This document shows positions 1 to 8,960 of a stretch of 44,685 bases of DNA, in pieces. This DNA comes from a bacterium. GTDB lineage: Bacteria; Patescibacteriota; Saccharimonadia; CAILAD01; BJGX01. Location of the stretch: assembly GCA_037132395.1 (NCBI GenBank), contig JBAXPC010000001.1:1-44685 (forward strand). The letters run 5' to 3'. The translations under genes and the position numbers were made by a program. Within the stretch, counting starts at the first letter, position 1, and every line of letters begins with the position of its first letter. A model generated the notes under the pieces. The model did not search any database, was not told where the DNA came from, and saw only the letters and a list, made by a program, of their open reading frames with translations.

Positions 1-1425
1 TTTCCCGACGGCGTTCAGCTAGGCTTTGATAGCTACTTTGAGTACCTGAGCTTACCAGCCCGTACCACCCAGGCTCTAGAAAGTGGTACTAAGACAATCT
101 TTCAGGGGCGTTTTGAACACCTCAAAACTACTTTTATATGCGATGTGATACGGGTGGTGGGCGAGAGTGAAGTAGATTTATACGAGATCAAATCAAGTAC
201 GAGCGTTAAGTATGACCACATTGTTGATTTGGCTTTTCAGGTAACTGTGCTCGAGGGCTGCGGCTACCGCGTGCGCAGTGTATATGTGATGCATGTCGAC
301 AATAGCTATACCCGTCACGGCGAGGTCGATAGCAAACAAATTGTGGCAACCGTTGATGTCACCGAAGACGTCAAAGGGCAACTACCGCAAACGGCACGCA
401 ATATCGAGGGTGCAATAGAAGTCATGGAAAGTGCTAAAATGCCCGACCCTTCGCCAAGCCTAGCTCAGCTTGGTAGCCTAGAAGAATGGCTAGAAGTGTA
501 TAAAAATATCGTGCCAGTGCCCGATGGTAGTATTTATGAGCTATGCCGGCTCAATACCAGCACATTACAGCTGCTTGAGGCCGAGGGCATCACCAAGCTT
601 GCCGATATTCCTATGGAGCTAGTGAGCGTTAAACAACAGCGTTGGCAATTAGAAGCGCTTAAAAAAGGGGAGCCAATTTATGACACTACGAGGCTCAGCA
701 AATTTCTGGCAGAGCTAGAGTACCCGTTGTACTTTTTTGATTACGAAACACTTAGTAGCACGGTGCCTTACTTTAATGGCACTAGGCCGTACCAACAAGT
801 GCCATTTCAGTACTCACTACATGTCATTGATGCCCCAGGCGCTGAGCTCAAACAGATGGGTTATTTGCATAGTGACAATACCAACCCCGCCAAGCCCTTG
901 AGCGCGGCACTAAAGAGCCAAATAGGCGAAGAGGGTACTATAATAACCTGGAATATGAGTTTTGAGAAAAGCTGCAATACACTGCTCGGCAACATGCTAC
1001 CAGAATATAAAGAATTTTATGCAAGTCTAAATAAACGCATCAATGATTTGATGTTGCCGTTTCGAAATGGCCTATATGTTGATGCCGAATTTGGCGGCAG
1101 CGCGAGTATTAAAAAAGTCTTGCCTGTGCTGGTGCCCGAGCTGAGCTACAAAAACCTCGGTATCCAAGAGGGCGGATCGGCCCAGAGGTCGTGGATGGAT
1201 GCTGTATTGTATGGCACTAGGGCTACCGAGAAAGACCAAGTACTAAAAGACCTAGAAGAGTACTGCGCTCTCGATACACTTGCGATGGTCGAGATATATA
1301 GGTTTTTAGCAGATACAGCCAGCGGAAAAACCCCCGACAAAACCACTACCGAGCCCAAAAACAGCGAAGACCCAGTGCCAGAGTCAAGGCCGACGGAGCC
1401 CGAACAGCTTTCGATAGATCTCTGA
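1..1425 (+). CDS. DUF2779-type fusion nuclease: N-terminal PD-(D/E)xK-like nuclease motif plus C-terminal DEDD/RNase H-like exonuclease fold. Truncated at the 5' end by the window edge.
   Basis: Frame 1 is open from base 1, with no stop before the GTG at 145, so the gene enters the window truncated. Motifs: DLYEIKSS (D..ExK type), YFFDYETLSS...RPYQQVPFQYSLHV, WNMSFEKS and EYCALDTLAM (exonuclease-like acidic residues). It ends in a Pro/Glu/Thr-rich tail. The family call comes from remembered DUF2779 signatures. Confidence 0.65.
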   Translation, partial: FPDGVQLGFDSYFEYLSLPARTTQALESGTKTIFQGRFEHLKTTFICDVIRVVGESEVDLYEIKSSTSVKYDHIVDLAFQVTVLEGCGYRVRSVYVMHVDNSYTRHGEVDSKQIVATVDVTEDVKGQLPQTARNIEGAIEVMESAKMPDPSPSLAQLGSLEEWLEVYKNIVPVPDGSIYELCRLNTSTLQLLEAEGITKLADIPMELVSVKQQRWQLEALKKGEPIYDTTRLSKFLAELEYPLYFFDYETLSSTVPYFNGTRPYQQVPFQYSLHVIDAPGAELKQMGYLHSDNTNPAKPLSAALKSQIGEEGTIITWNMSFEKSCNTLLGNMLPEYKEFYASLNKRINDLMLPFRNGLYVDAEFGGSASIKKVLPVLVPELSYKNLGIQEGGSAQRSWMDAVLYGTRATEKDQVLKDLEEYCALDTLAMVEIYRFLADTASGKTPDKTTTEPKNSEDPVPESRPTEPEQLSIDL

Positions 1426-1450
1426 TAGACATTTCTTAATGAATAAAAAA

Positions 1451-1473
1451 AGGGGCCTCTACTAAAGGCCCCT
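1451..1473 (-). terminator. Intrinsic terminator hairpin for the minus-strand gene 1536..1886
   Basis: AGGGGCC-N9-GGCCCCT. On the minus strand the stem is followed by a U-tract, seen as the A-run 1444-1450 on the plus strand. Confidence 0.55.
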
Positions 1474-1474
1474 T

Positions 1475-1508
1475 ATATCATGCACCTCTGGCTTGAGGTG
1501 CATGATAT
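1475..1508 (+). terminator. Second hairpin between convergent genes; possible terminator of the DUF2779 gene
   Basis: 14-bp perfect inverted repeat ATATCATGCACCTC-N6-GAGGTGCATGATAT, followed by T-rich ATGTTTGATTTTA. Confidence 0.4.
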
Positions 1509-1535
1509 ATGTTTGATTTTATGTGTTGGCCGCTT

Positions 1536-1886
1536 CTAGTGGCTTAAGACGAGTTCTGGATATAGTCCTTCGTCGAAGTTGTCTATGAAGCTGCCCATTG
1601 GTACTGGCACCGGTACGCCGTACTGATAGCTAGTGGTGTGCTTCCAAATAACTAACTCGTAGTTGTATTCGAAAGATTCGGCAATGATTTTGGCGAAATC
1701 TTTATTGTCAGTAAAGATGCCTTCTTTAAACACCATTACGGTTGGGTCGATGTCGTGAAGAGCCCTGGCTATAACGCAGTTTCCAGGTGTTCGTTGGTCG
1801 CCACTTGGCAACTCGTCGAGGGGTTGATGCCCCGCACTATTTCTTAGGCGGTTAACCCGCTCGAGCGTGAACTGTTCTTCGTTCAT
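1536..1886 (-). CDS. Hypothetical protein (116 aa)
   Basis: The track ORF is 1536..1940. I prefer the internal ATG at 1886 (MNEEQF...) because AGGGGGAATA precedes it as an SD. No family recognised. Confidence 0.55.
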   Translation of the reverse strand: MNEEQFTLERVNRLRNSAGHQPLDELPSGDQRTPGNCVIARALHDIDPTVMVFKEGIFTDNKDFAKIIAESFEYNYELVIWKHTTSYQYGVPVPVPMGSFIDNFDEGLYPELVLSH

Positions 1887-2009
1887 TATTCCCCCTATGT
1901 ACTTGTACTCACCACGGATGATGCAGATTTTATTATACACCTTTTATTATTTAAACACATCATAAAACTAAATCAGCTATGCCAATAACTTGATGGTATT
2001 TTTACTAGT

Positions 2010-2041
2010 TTGACATAACCAATATAATATGACATTATATT
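2010..2041 (+). promoter_or_regulatory. Candidate promoter with an overlapping palindromic operator upstream of the 2087 gene pair
   Basis: TTGACA (2010-2015), 17 nt, CATTAT (2033-2038). The perfect 8-5-8 palindrome AATATAAT-atgac-ATTATATT lies at 2021-2041. Confidence 0.3.
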
Positions 2042-2086
2042 GACTATTCGGCAATCGCCGATGTACCCCAAAGACAAGGATTCAAA

Positions 2087-2494
2087 GTGACTACAATTGT
2101 GGTTATAGGAGACATTGGTATCGAAGAGTTCACACCGCTATACGCGTCGTTATCTGACCAAGATGTAGTGCCGGTAGTGTACTTTCCCAACTGGGGAGAA
2201 ATGCTCGGAACACTCAATGGCAAGATCTACGACAGCATAACTCAAGTAGCCGTCGAGCACTGCCGAAACGAGTACCCCTGGGAATATATCCGGATGAGTG
2301 TATCTAGGTGTATCGATAGATACATGCGAGAGCGATTGCCTCATCTGTCACCTGGAAGAATCAATGCAACTGTTTACCGATCCTCACAGATATCCTCTGG
2401 TCAAGGCAATAACTTGGTCAAGATTTTGTACAATTATTGGTACGGCTATTTCTTTGATTTGGATGCCCAAAACCCATTTGGGATGCTAGATTGA
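2087..2494 (+). CDS. Hypothetical protein (135 aa)
   Basis: GTG start with AAGGA 6 nt upstream. Its stop overlaps the start of the next ORF (TTGA). Its N-terminus resembles that of the next ORF. Confidence 0.6.
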   Translation: MTTIVVIGDIGIEEFTPLYASLSDQDVVPVVYFPNWGEMLGTLNGKIYDSITQVAVEHCRNEYPWEYIRMSVSRCIDRYMRERLPHLSPGRINATVYRSSQISSGQGNNLVKILYNYWYGYFFDLDAQNPFGMLD

Positions 2495-3015
2495 AAAATA
2501 CAATTGTAGTTTGTGGGGGAATACCCACCGAAACCTACAGTCCAATAACCCAAAGCTTTCGTAAGCGTGGTATTGAGCCAAAAGTAATTAAGCTAAAAAG
2601 ACGTTACTTTCCGCGAGACGAAGAGTGCTTTGAGCTTTTTTACCTAACCATGGGTATATCTTCGGCCGATATGGCTACCATCTACCGCAACCATGGAGTT
2701 ACCGAAAAGCAGATACACGACTACCTTCAAGACGCCGAAGGGTCGAATGTGCTTGATCCATACCATTATGCTCGGCTAGCGATACTCGAAGATAATGACA
2801 TCGACCTAGATAGTGTTGGTGCAGTTGTTTTTGACCACGAGCTAGGCTGGAGCCCAAATGATATCGCAAAGTTATTTTTTGCAAAGCTCGATATCTATAG
2901 CGCAACCAGCGCCATGGCCGTAGTTATTAATGGAAAGCTAGTTTACGCTTACACCAAAGAGTTTGATATGACATACAACTTTTTTATTCGTGAGCACAAT
3001 ATACACCCCTTGTAA
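2491..3015 (+). CDS. Hypothetical protein (174 aa); possible distant paralog of the preceding ORF
   Basis: TTG start overlapping the upstream stop. The N-terminus MKNTIVVCGGIPTETYSPITQSF compares with MTTIVVIGDIGIEEFTPLYASLS in the upstream ORF. A terminator follows. Confidence 0.6.
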   Translation: MKNTIVVCGGIPTETYSPITQSFRKRGIEPKVIKLKRRYFPRDEECFELFYLTMGISSADMATIYRNHGVTEKQIHDYLQDAEGSNVLDPYHYARLAILEDNDIDLDSVGAVVFDHELGWSPNDIAKLFFAKLDIYSATSAMAVVINGKLVYAYTKEFDMTYNFFIREHNIHPL

Positions 3016-3030
3016 CGAGGGGTGTTTTTT
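3004..3030 (+). terminator. Intrinsic terminator
   Basis: CACCCCT-N7-AGGGGTG followed by TTTTTT; it overlaps the stop codon at 3013-3015. Confidence 0.65.
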
Positions 3031-4204
3031 ATTTTTTGCTAGCTTTTGAGTTAGATTTGCGCTTTGGTCGGTGTGCCATGACGCTATTACCGATAATGCC
3101 AACTAGCGCACCGGAGCCGAATAGCGCGACTGCCAAAGCGACGAAGATATTAACAATTGGTACACCGTAGAGACCAAGCACCACGACCGAGCCAACAAGC
3201 ATGGTACGAAACGGCTTGTATTTGTGCTTGGTGAGTTTAGCGCCTACGTAATAGGCTGCTATTGGGCCACTCAGCATTAGTGACATAACCCAAGCGGTGA
3301 GTATCAATCCGCTGAGTGGAGCGCCGATGATGGTGATAATCAGCAACAGGCAAAGCAGTGGGGCGACAAGCATGTTGAGCCCGCCGAGCAGTAGGGATTT
3401 GCCGAAATGATCGCTCAGCTGTTTTTCGGTGGTGATGTAGAACCTTGGGAAGAGCAAAACAGTAAGTAGCGAGACAACCAGCAGTGATACGAAGAACAGC
3501 AAGAAGCCGACTATTAGCGCCACCAAGCCAGAGGTTGCGCTACTGCCAGAACCAGTATTGGTAGTGGCCGTTTTAGTAATTGTGCCTTGAGTTTTTGATG
3601 AGCCGTCGCGGGTAAGGTTGTTAGTACTGGTGTAATCGATTTTGCCCCTAACATCAGCTGACGAGCCGAGCTTTAGGGTGCTGAAGTTGCCCGAAAGATT
3701 ACGACCAATGATGCCGTCTATCAAGACATTACTAGCATTAATATTGGCGTCCCTGGAAATGATACCGCCGGTGGTAACATTGCTGCCAACTAGCATTACA
3801 TCGCGTCTGACTCGCGCAGTGGAGTCGAAAGTGATGTTTTGGGCCAGGAGTGTAATACTGCCATCGACTGAGCCCGAGAGATTAAAATCTTGTGCGAAAC
3901 TTATGATATCGCCACTGATTCGCCCAGAAACAGTTAGGCTCTGTACGGCACAATAGACGCTGCCGTTGACGCGACCAGAGATAGTGACCTTGCCGCCGGT
4001 ACAAAAAACGTCGCCGTCGACATTGCCTTGAATATCAATAGTGTCGCCACTAGTTGTCAGCGAGGAGTCGACGAGCTGATCTTTGGCGATTATTACATTG
4101 GTACCGGTGCGCGATTCTTGGGCTTGAGCCGAACCAGAAAGTGCTACTACCGCTAGTACAAAAACAGCTACAAAAGAAATTAGGTACTTTATTTTTGACC
4201 TCAT
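3029..4204 (-). CDS. Exported bactofilin-like (polymer-forming cytoskeletal, DUF583-type) beta-helix repeat protein fused to a C-terminal polytopic membrane domain
   Basis: Signal peptide MRSKIKYLISFVAVFVLAVVALSGSAQA. About 170 aa of G-x-V/I-x-G-D/S repeats follow (IDIQGNVDGDVFCTGGKVTISGRVNGSVYC...). Then come an S/T/G linker, about 6 hydrophobic helices and a basic tail. Confidence 0.7.
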   Translation of the reverse strand: MRSKIKYLISFVAVFVLAVVALSGSAQAQESRTGTNVIIAKDQLVDSSLTTSGDTIDIQGNVDGDVFCTGGKVTISGRVNGSVYCAVQSLTVSGRISGDIISFAQDFNLSGSVDGSITLLAQNITFDSTARVRRDVMLVGSNVTTGGIISRDANINASNVLIDGIIGRNLSGNFSTLKLGSSADVRGKIDYTSTNNLTRDGSSKTQGTITKTATTNTGSGSSATSGLVALIVGFLLFFVSLLVVSLLTVLLFPRFYITTEKQLSDHFGKSLLLGGLNMLVAPLLCLLLIITIIGAPLSGLILTAWVMSLMLSGPIAAYYVGAKLTKHKYKPFRTMLVGSVVVLGLYGVPIVNIFVALAVALFGSGALVGIIGNSVMAHRPKRKSNSKASKK

Positions 4205-4356
4205 ATCATGACCTCCGTTATTTAATCGATTTGTATCCTATTATAACAGCTATGTTTTTTTTGTCTAAACTCTTATGCTGGGTACCTAGCTTCCCAGCGA
4301 CCTTGCTTGCTTAAGTTTGTTTCGTATCGTAGGCGATACATAATAATCAAATAACT

Positions 4357-4365
4357 TGCTATACT
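4357..4365 (+). promoter_or_regulatory. Extended -10 element placed for a leaderless transcript of the ABC ATPase gene
   Basis: TGcTATACT, then 7 nt (aaaagct), then ATG at 4373. No SD is present. Confidence 0.4.
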
Positions 4366-4372
4366 AAAAGCT

Positions 4373-5077
4373 ATGATAAAAGTTAATGATGTATCAAAAA
4401 CCTACGGCAAGGGCGACAACCTCTTTACGGCCCTATATAAAATAAGCCTTGAGGTGCCAGAGGGTTCGACGGTAGCGATAATAGGCAAATCGGGCTCCGG
4501 CAAATCGACCCTGATGCACATTATGAGCGGGCTCGACCACGCCTCTAGCGGTGAGATTGTAATAGGTGGCAAAAGCCTGACCGAGATGAAAGCTAAGCAA
4601 ATCGACGCTTTTAGAGCCTCGGAAATGAGTTTTATATTTCAGGCGTTTTTTGTGGAGGCTAATCAAACTTGTTTCCAAAATGTGATGCTGCCATTAGAGA
4701 TTGCCAAGACACCTAGAGGACAGCGCAAAAAACGAGTCGAGGCGGCACTTAGGGCCGTTGGCCTAGAAGAGAAAGTCGATGCCTTGGCCTCGACACTGTC
4801 GGGTGGGCAAAAGCAACGTCTGGCGATAGCCAGAGCGATTGTTAATAGGCCGAAGATTATTTTTGCCGACGAACCTACCGGCAACCTCGATAGTGCTACC
4901 GGCGAGCTAGTTATAGATTTGCTTTTTGAGCTTAATAAAAAACTAAAGTGTACGCTAGTGGTGGTAACTCACGATGGTGAGCTGGCCGATAAATGCGGTA
5001 TTCGAATCGAAATGAAAGACGGCGAAATAATATCGGCTTCAAATTCTAAAGCCAAAAAAGTGGTTAGGCGAGTATGA
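4373..5077 (+). CDS. ABC transporter ATP-binding protein, MacB/LolD-like
   Basis: Walker [10 protein letters not shown], signature LSGGQKQR, Walker [13 protein letters not shown] overlap with the downstream permease. Confidence 0.9.
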   Translation: MIKVNDVSKTYGKGDNLFTALYKISLEVPEGSTVAIIGKSGSGKSTLMHIMSGLDHASSGEIVIGGKSLTEMKAKQIDAFRASEMSFIFQAFFVEANQTCFQNVMLPLEIAKTPRGQRKKRVEAALRAVGLEEKVDALASTLSGGQKQRLAIARAIVNRPKIIFADEPTGNLDSATGELVIDLLFELNKKLKCTLVVVTHDGELADKCGIRIEMKDGEIISASNSKAKKVVRRV

Positions 5078-6450
5078 CAACTCGCGACATTATACGGCGC
5101 TCTGGTCGAAGCCTAAAAAGTGCCAAGGGCCGAACAATACTGACCGCGCTGGCGATTGCTGTCGGTACATTTGCCCTGACTCTGACACTAGCAGCCAGCA
5201 ATGGCGCAACTGCTTATGTAAATAAAATAATCAACGATAACTTTGACCCCAGTGAGCTAATAGTAACAGCCGACCCGTCGATTTTTGGGCAGGCCAGCAC
5301 ATCTAGCCCTAAGGAATACGACCCGAGCTTTGGGACTGGCGTATCGAACTCTGGTGCCACCACGCAGATAAGGAAGATTACCCAGGCCGATATCGATACC
5401 ATTGCTAAGGTCGATGGTGTGGCATCGGTCCGTGAGGATATAACTGTCAACGCCCGATACATCACCAGAGAAGGCCAAAAAAAGTATGTCACCACCATTG
5501 CATCCTATAACCCAGCTCAAAAACCAGACTTGCTCGCGGGCGGATTGGGAGCTGACTTTAATGGTGCCAAGCTAATTTTGCCAGAAGGCTTTTTGCAATC
5601 GTTGGGCTTTAGTAGTGCCGAGAATGCCATTGGCAAATCGGTGGTTGTATCGATTCCTAAAAACTTCTCGCCCGATCAGCTCAGAGCTCAACTTTTGGCC
5701 GGCTCATTTGCCCAAACTCCAGAGCAACTGGCAAAATCGATTCAGGATAACGCCGATAACGTTGTTTTCACCGTGGCGGCGGTCTCTAAAAAACCAGCTA
5801 CCTCACGCCCTGGTACTGAGCTGTATGTATACACCTCGCTCGACGAAGCTCGCATGCTCAACGATATATCAACTAGTGGCAGTACTGGTTTCCGTAAATA
5901 TAACACGATATTCGTGAAGGTCACGGACGGCAATAAGGCTAGCAACCTCGACGCCGCTGCCGGCAAAATCCGCGACCTCGGCTTACAGGTGCGAACCGTC
6001 AAGGAAACCCAAGAGTTTCTGACAAATATCATTGGGGTACTGCGCGGCATAGTGGCCGGCTTTGGACTAATTGCAATTATTGCTTCGGTCTTAGGGATAG
6101 TAAATACTATGTATATTTCGGTACTCCAAAGGACGCGCGAGATTGGTCTGATGAAAGCTCTAGGTATGCGGCGACGCGATATTGGACGACTCTTTAGGTT
6201 CGAAGCTGCCTGGATTGGCTTTTTGGGTGGTGCTATTGGCTCGATCTCGGCGGTGGTTTTGGGGATTGCCTTAAACCCCTGGATCACTAAGCAGCTTAAT
6301 TTGAGCGCGGGGACAAAGCTTCTGATATTTATGCCTTTGCAGATTTTTACGTTAATTGCGATATTGATGGCAATATCAATTATGGCTGGCTGGTTGCCAT
6401 CGCGTAAGGCCGCCAAGCTCGACCCAATCGAAGCATTAAGGGTCGAATAA
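5074..6450 (+). CDS. ABC transporter permease, FtsX/MacB family, with a large extracytoplasmic domain
   Basis: TM1 is followed by about 280 aa of soluble domain and then three C-terminal TM helices. It ends with the conserved ...PSRKAAKLDPIEALR. Confidence 0.85.
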   Translation: MTTRDIIRRSGRSLKSAKGRTILTALAIAVGTFALTLTLAASNGATAYVNKIINDNFDPSELIVTADPSIFGQASTSSPKEYDPSFGTGVSNSGATTQIRKITQADIDTIAKVDGVASVREDITVNARYITREGQKKYVTTIASYNPAQKPDLLAGGLGADFNGAKLILPEGFLQSLGFSSAENAIGKSVVVSIPKNFSPDQLRAQLLAGSFAQTPEQLAKSIQDNADNVVFTVAAVSKKPATSRPGTELYVYTSLDEARMLNDISTSGSTGFRKYNTIFVKVTDGNKASNLDAAAGKIRDLGLQVRTVKETQEFLTNIIGVLRGIVAGFGLIAIIASVLGIVNTMYISVLQRTREIGLMKALGMRRRDIGRLFRFEAAWIGFLGGAIGSISAVVLGIALNPWITKQLNLSAGTKLLIFMPLQIFTLIAILMAISIMAGWLPSRKAAKLDPIEALRVE

Positions 6451-6544
6451 ACTAAAACTAGCTTGTAGCTCGGATCCTACTTTGTGTGTGATAGAGCTAA
6501 ATAACTATGGCTTCGAGACCGATTTTGATGTAGAATTAAAACTT

Positions 6545-7519
6545 ATGAAATACGCCTTCGAACTCAAAAACGTTAAAAAACATTATGGTAAAGTAATAGC
6601 CCTAGACGGCGTGACTCTGCGCGCCGAAGAAGGCAAGGTCTATGGAATGCTAGGCCCCAACGGTGCAGGCAAAACAACAATCGTAAAAATACTCAGTACT
6701 CTTATAGAGCCCGACAAAGGGGTTGCGACAGTGGCCGGTATAGATGTTAGCCTAGACCCGACTAGTGTTCGTAAAACAATCGGACTGGCCGGGCAGTTTG
6801 CAGCTATCGACGAATTTTTAACTGGGCGCGAAAATATATACATGGTAGGGCTTTTGTACGGCCTGAAAGCCAACGAATCTAAAACGCGCACCACAGATAT
6901 TTTGGAGCGGCTTAACCTAACGGACGCGGCCGATCGGCAGGTCAAGACGTACTCGGGCGGAATGCGTCGTCGGCTTGACCTTGGTGCTAGTTTAGTTGGG
7001 CACCCAAAGATTTTATTCCTAGACGAGCCAACCACCGGGCTAGACCCTCGTACCCGTAAAGAACTTTGGGAAATTATTCGCGACCTAGCAAAAGACGGCA
7101 CTAGCATCCTACTAACTACCCAGTACTTAGAAGAGGCTGATGAGTTAGCCGACAAGATTGCCGTAATTGATTATGGTAAGGTGATTGCCGAAGGCACTAG
7201 CGCGCAGCTCAAAGCCAAACTCGGCGGCGACATGGTGGAGTTTGAAATGACTAACGAGGCTGATTACCGCAAAGCACTGGAGGCTACCAAGGGTATCAGC
7301 AAGGGCATTAAGAGTGATGACTTTGAGCTAACCATTAAGATACCCGTCAAACATAGTGCGACTGATTTATTAAAAATTACTCAAATTGTAGATCGTGCCG
7401 GCGTTAAACCACAAAATATTTCATTACACAAACCAACGCTCGATGATGTTTTCTTGGCAATTACTGGCAAAAAACCAAAGCACAAGCTTCCAGGAAAGCC
7501 TAAAAGGGGGAAGCAATAA
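6545..7519 (+). CDS. ABC transporter ATP-binding protein, DrrA/ABC-2 type
   Basis: GPNGAGKTT, YSGGMRRRL, LFLDEPTTGLD. I prefer the start at ATG 6545 (MKYAFELKNVKKHYG) over the longer track ORF from 6482. Confidence 0.85.
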   Translation: MKYAFELKNVKKHYGKVIALDGVTLRAEEGKVYGMLGPNGAGKTTIVKILSTLIEPDKGVATVAGIDVSLDPTSVRKTIGLAGQFAAIDEFLTGRENIYMVGLLYGLKANESKTRTTDILERLNLTDAADRQVKTYSGGMRRRLDLGASLVGHPKILFLDEPTTGLDPRTRKELWEIIRDLAKDGTSILLTTQYLEEADELADKIAVIDYGKVIAEGTSAQLKAKLGGDMVEFEMTNEADYRKALEATKGISKGIKSDDFELTIKIPVKHSATDLLKITQIVDRAGVKPQNISLHKPTLDDVFLAITGKKPKHKLPGKPKRGKQ

Positions 7520-8295
7520 TGACAACTGTACTAGCTGGCTTCAGGGACGGTTGGATCGTAACAAGGCGTAATCTCTTACGCTATATGCGCTTGCCGCAGC
7601 TAGTGGTGATTTCGTCAATTCAGCCAATAATGTTCTTGACTCTATTCAATTTTGTTTTTGGAGGTGCTATCGGTGCAACTGTAGCCGGTGGTGGCCCTTA
7701 TATCAATTTCCTCTTGCCGGGTATCTTGGTGCAGACTATTTTATTTGGATCACTACAGACTGGTGTTGGTCTATCGCGCGACCTAAATGCCGGTATTATA
7801 GATAGATTTCGCAGCTTACCGATGAGTCGCAGTGCAGTATTAACCGGCCGAACATCGGCCGACATTATCCGTAGCTCGCTAGTCGCAATGATACTTCTAG
7901 GTATGGGCTATGTGTATGGCTTTAGGTTTGGGAATGGTGCTGGAGACGCAGTTATGATGATTGCCCTAATACTGGCCTTTGGGTACGCTTTTTCATGGAT
8001 TGCTGCTTTTGTAGGATTGGCAGTAAAAGACGAAGAAACCGCTCAGCTAGCAGGATTTTTATTTATATTTCCGCTAACCTTTGCTAGTGCTACATTTGTA
8101 CCGACCGCTACGATGCCACACTGGCTCCAAGTTTTTGCCAATAACCAGCCGGTAACTTTTGCGGTCACGGCAGCAAGGCATTTTGCCCTTGGCACACCTT
8201 CGGGCGGAGCAGAGTGGAAATTGCTGGCCTGGATAGTAGGTATACTCTTGGTATTTATTCCGCTTTCGATATACTCATATAAAAAGCGTAGCTAG
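7519..8295 (+). CDS. ABC-2 type transporter permease
   Basis: Six predicted TM helices. Start overlaps the upstream stop by 1 nt (TAATG). Typical DrrB-like layout. Confidence 0.8.
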   Translation: MTTVLAGFRDGWIVTRRNLLRYMRLPQLVVISSIQPIMFLTLFNFVFGGAIGATVAGGGPYINFLLPGILVQTILFGSLQTGVGLSRDLNAGIIDRFRSLPMSRSAVLTGRTSADIIRSSLVAMILLGMGYVYGFRFGNGAGDAVMMIALILAFGYAFSWIAAFVGLAVKDEETAQLAGFLFIFPLTFASATFVPTATMPHWLQVFANNQPVTFAVTAARHFALGTPSGGAEWKLLAWIVGILLVFIPLSIYSYKKRS

Positions 8296-8446
8296 CGTTT
8301 GGCTGAACCGCGACACAGCGCAAAGCACTGCTGTATATCAGTTGCTCTAGTGTTAGTTTAATTGCTTCTCGTAACTTGATTCAGCGTTGATTCATTAGTT
8401 ATTTTATGTTATTCTAATCGCCAGCACCTACAAAAGGAGGCTTCAG

Positions 8447-8557
8447 ATGAAGCTCAAAAGTAAAATTGCCTTGTTTGTCGCAGGGCTATTGGCCGGATGG
8501 GCATTGGCTCCCCGCCTCAGTAGTGCGGCAAATAGTTTTGCGGAGGAACTCCTGTGA
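8447..8557 (+). CDS. Mini membrane or secreted protein 1 (36 aa)
   Basis: AAGGAGG lies 6 nt upstream of the ATG. Sequence MKLKSKIALFVAGLLAGWALAPRLSSAANSFAEELL. Too short to appear in the supplied ORF track. Confidence 0.5.
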   Translation: MKLKSKIALFVAGLLAGWALAPRLSSAANSFAEELL

Positions 8558-8658
8558 AACCCCCAATTCATAAGTTTATACTGTTCAGCTCGGGACTAAC
8601 TATTGCCTCACTACTGGCAATAGCTGGACTCTGGATCGTCAAGAAGAAAGGAAAGTGA
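8554..8658 (+). CDS. Mini membrane protein 2 (34 aa)
   Basis: GTG start overlaps the upstream stop (GTGA), with GGAGGA 6 nt upstream. Sequence (M)KPPIHKFILFSSGLTIASLLAIAGLWIVKKKGK. Confidence 0.45.
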   Translation: MKPPIHKFILFSSGLTIASLLAIAGLWIVKKKGK

Positions 8659-8834
8659 TGAAGACAGAACCACCAAAAGCAGTGGTAATTGCTACCTTCG
8701 GTGTGGCAACAGTCATAGTCGGGTTGCTACTGTGGGTCACAAGAGCTCCACAGATAGACACACGGAATGTTAAAAAAGCCAAAAAAAAGCTCAGGCAGCA
8801 GGCAAGCTGTGATGAGCTTTATGATGTCATTTAG
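8658..8834 (+). CDS. Mini membrane protein 3 (58 aa)
   Basis: ATG overlaps the upstream stop (TGATG), with AAAGGAAAG upstream. Sequence MKTEPPKAVVIATFGVATVIVGLLLWVTRAPQIDTRNVKKAKKKLRQQASCDELYDVI. Confidence 0.45.
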   Translation: MKTEPPKAVVIATFGVATVIVGLLLWVTRAPQIDTRNVKKAKKKLRQQASCDELYDVI

Positions 8835-8848
8835 CTCGTAATGCAATG

Positions 8849-8886
8849 GTGCCCTAGTCTTATTTTAGATTAGGGCACATTTTATT
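8849..8886 (+). terminator. Intrinsic terminator after the mini-protein operon
   Basis: GTGCCCTAGTCT-N6-AGATTAGGGCAC (12 bp including one G-U pair), followed by ATTTTATTATT. Confidence 0.6.
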
Positions 8887-8960
8887 ATTGGAATATTTTT
8901 GTAGTAATAAAGTTAGTGTGTTGTTATTTGTTAAATTATAAGTATGTTCCGTTTGCTGAT

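Noticed and set aside
6482-6544. The upstream extension of the DrrA-like ATPase ORF (MCVIELNNYGFETDF...).
   Set aside because: ABC ATPases of this family start just before the beta-strand that precedes Walker A (MKYAFELKNVKKHYG). The extension carries the -10-like TAGAAT.
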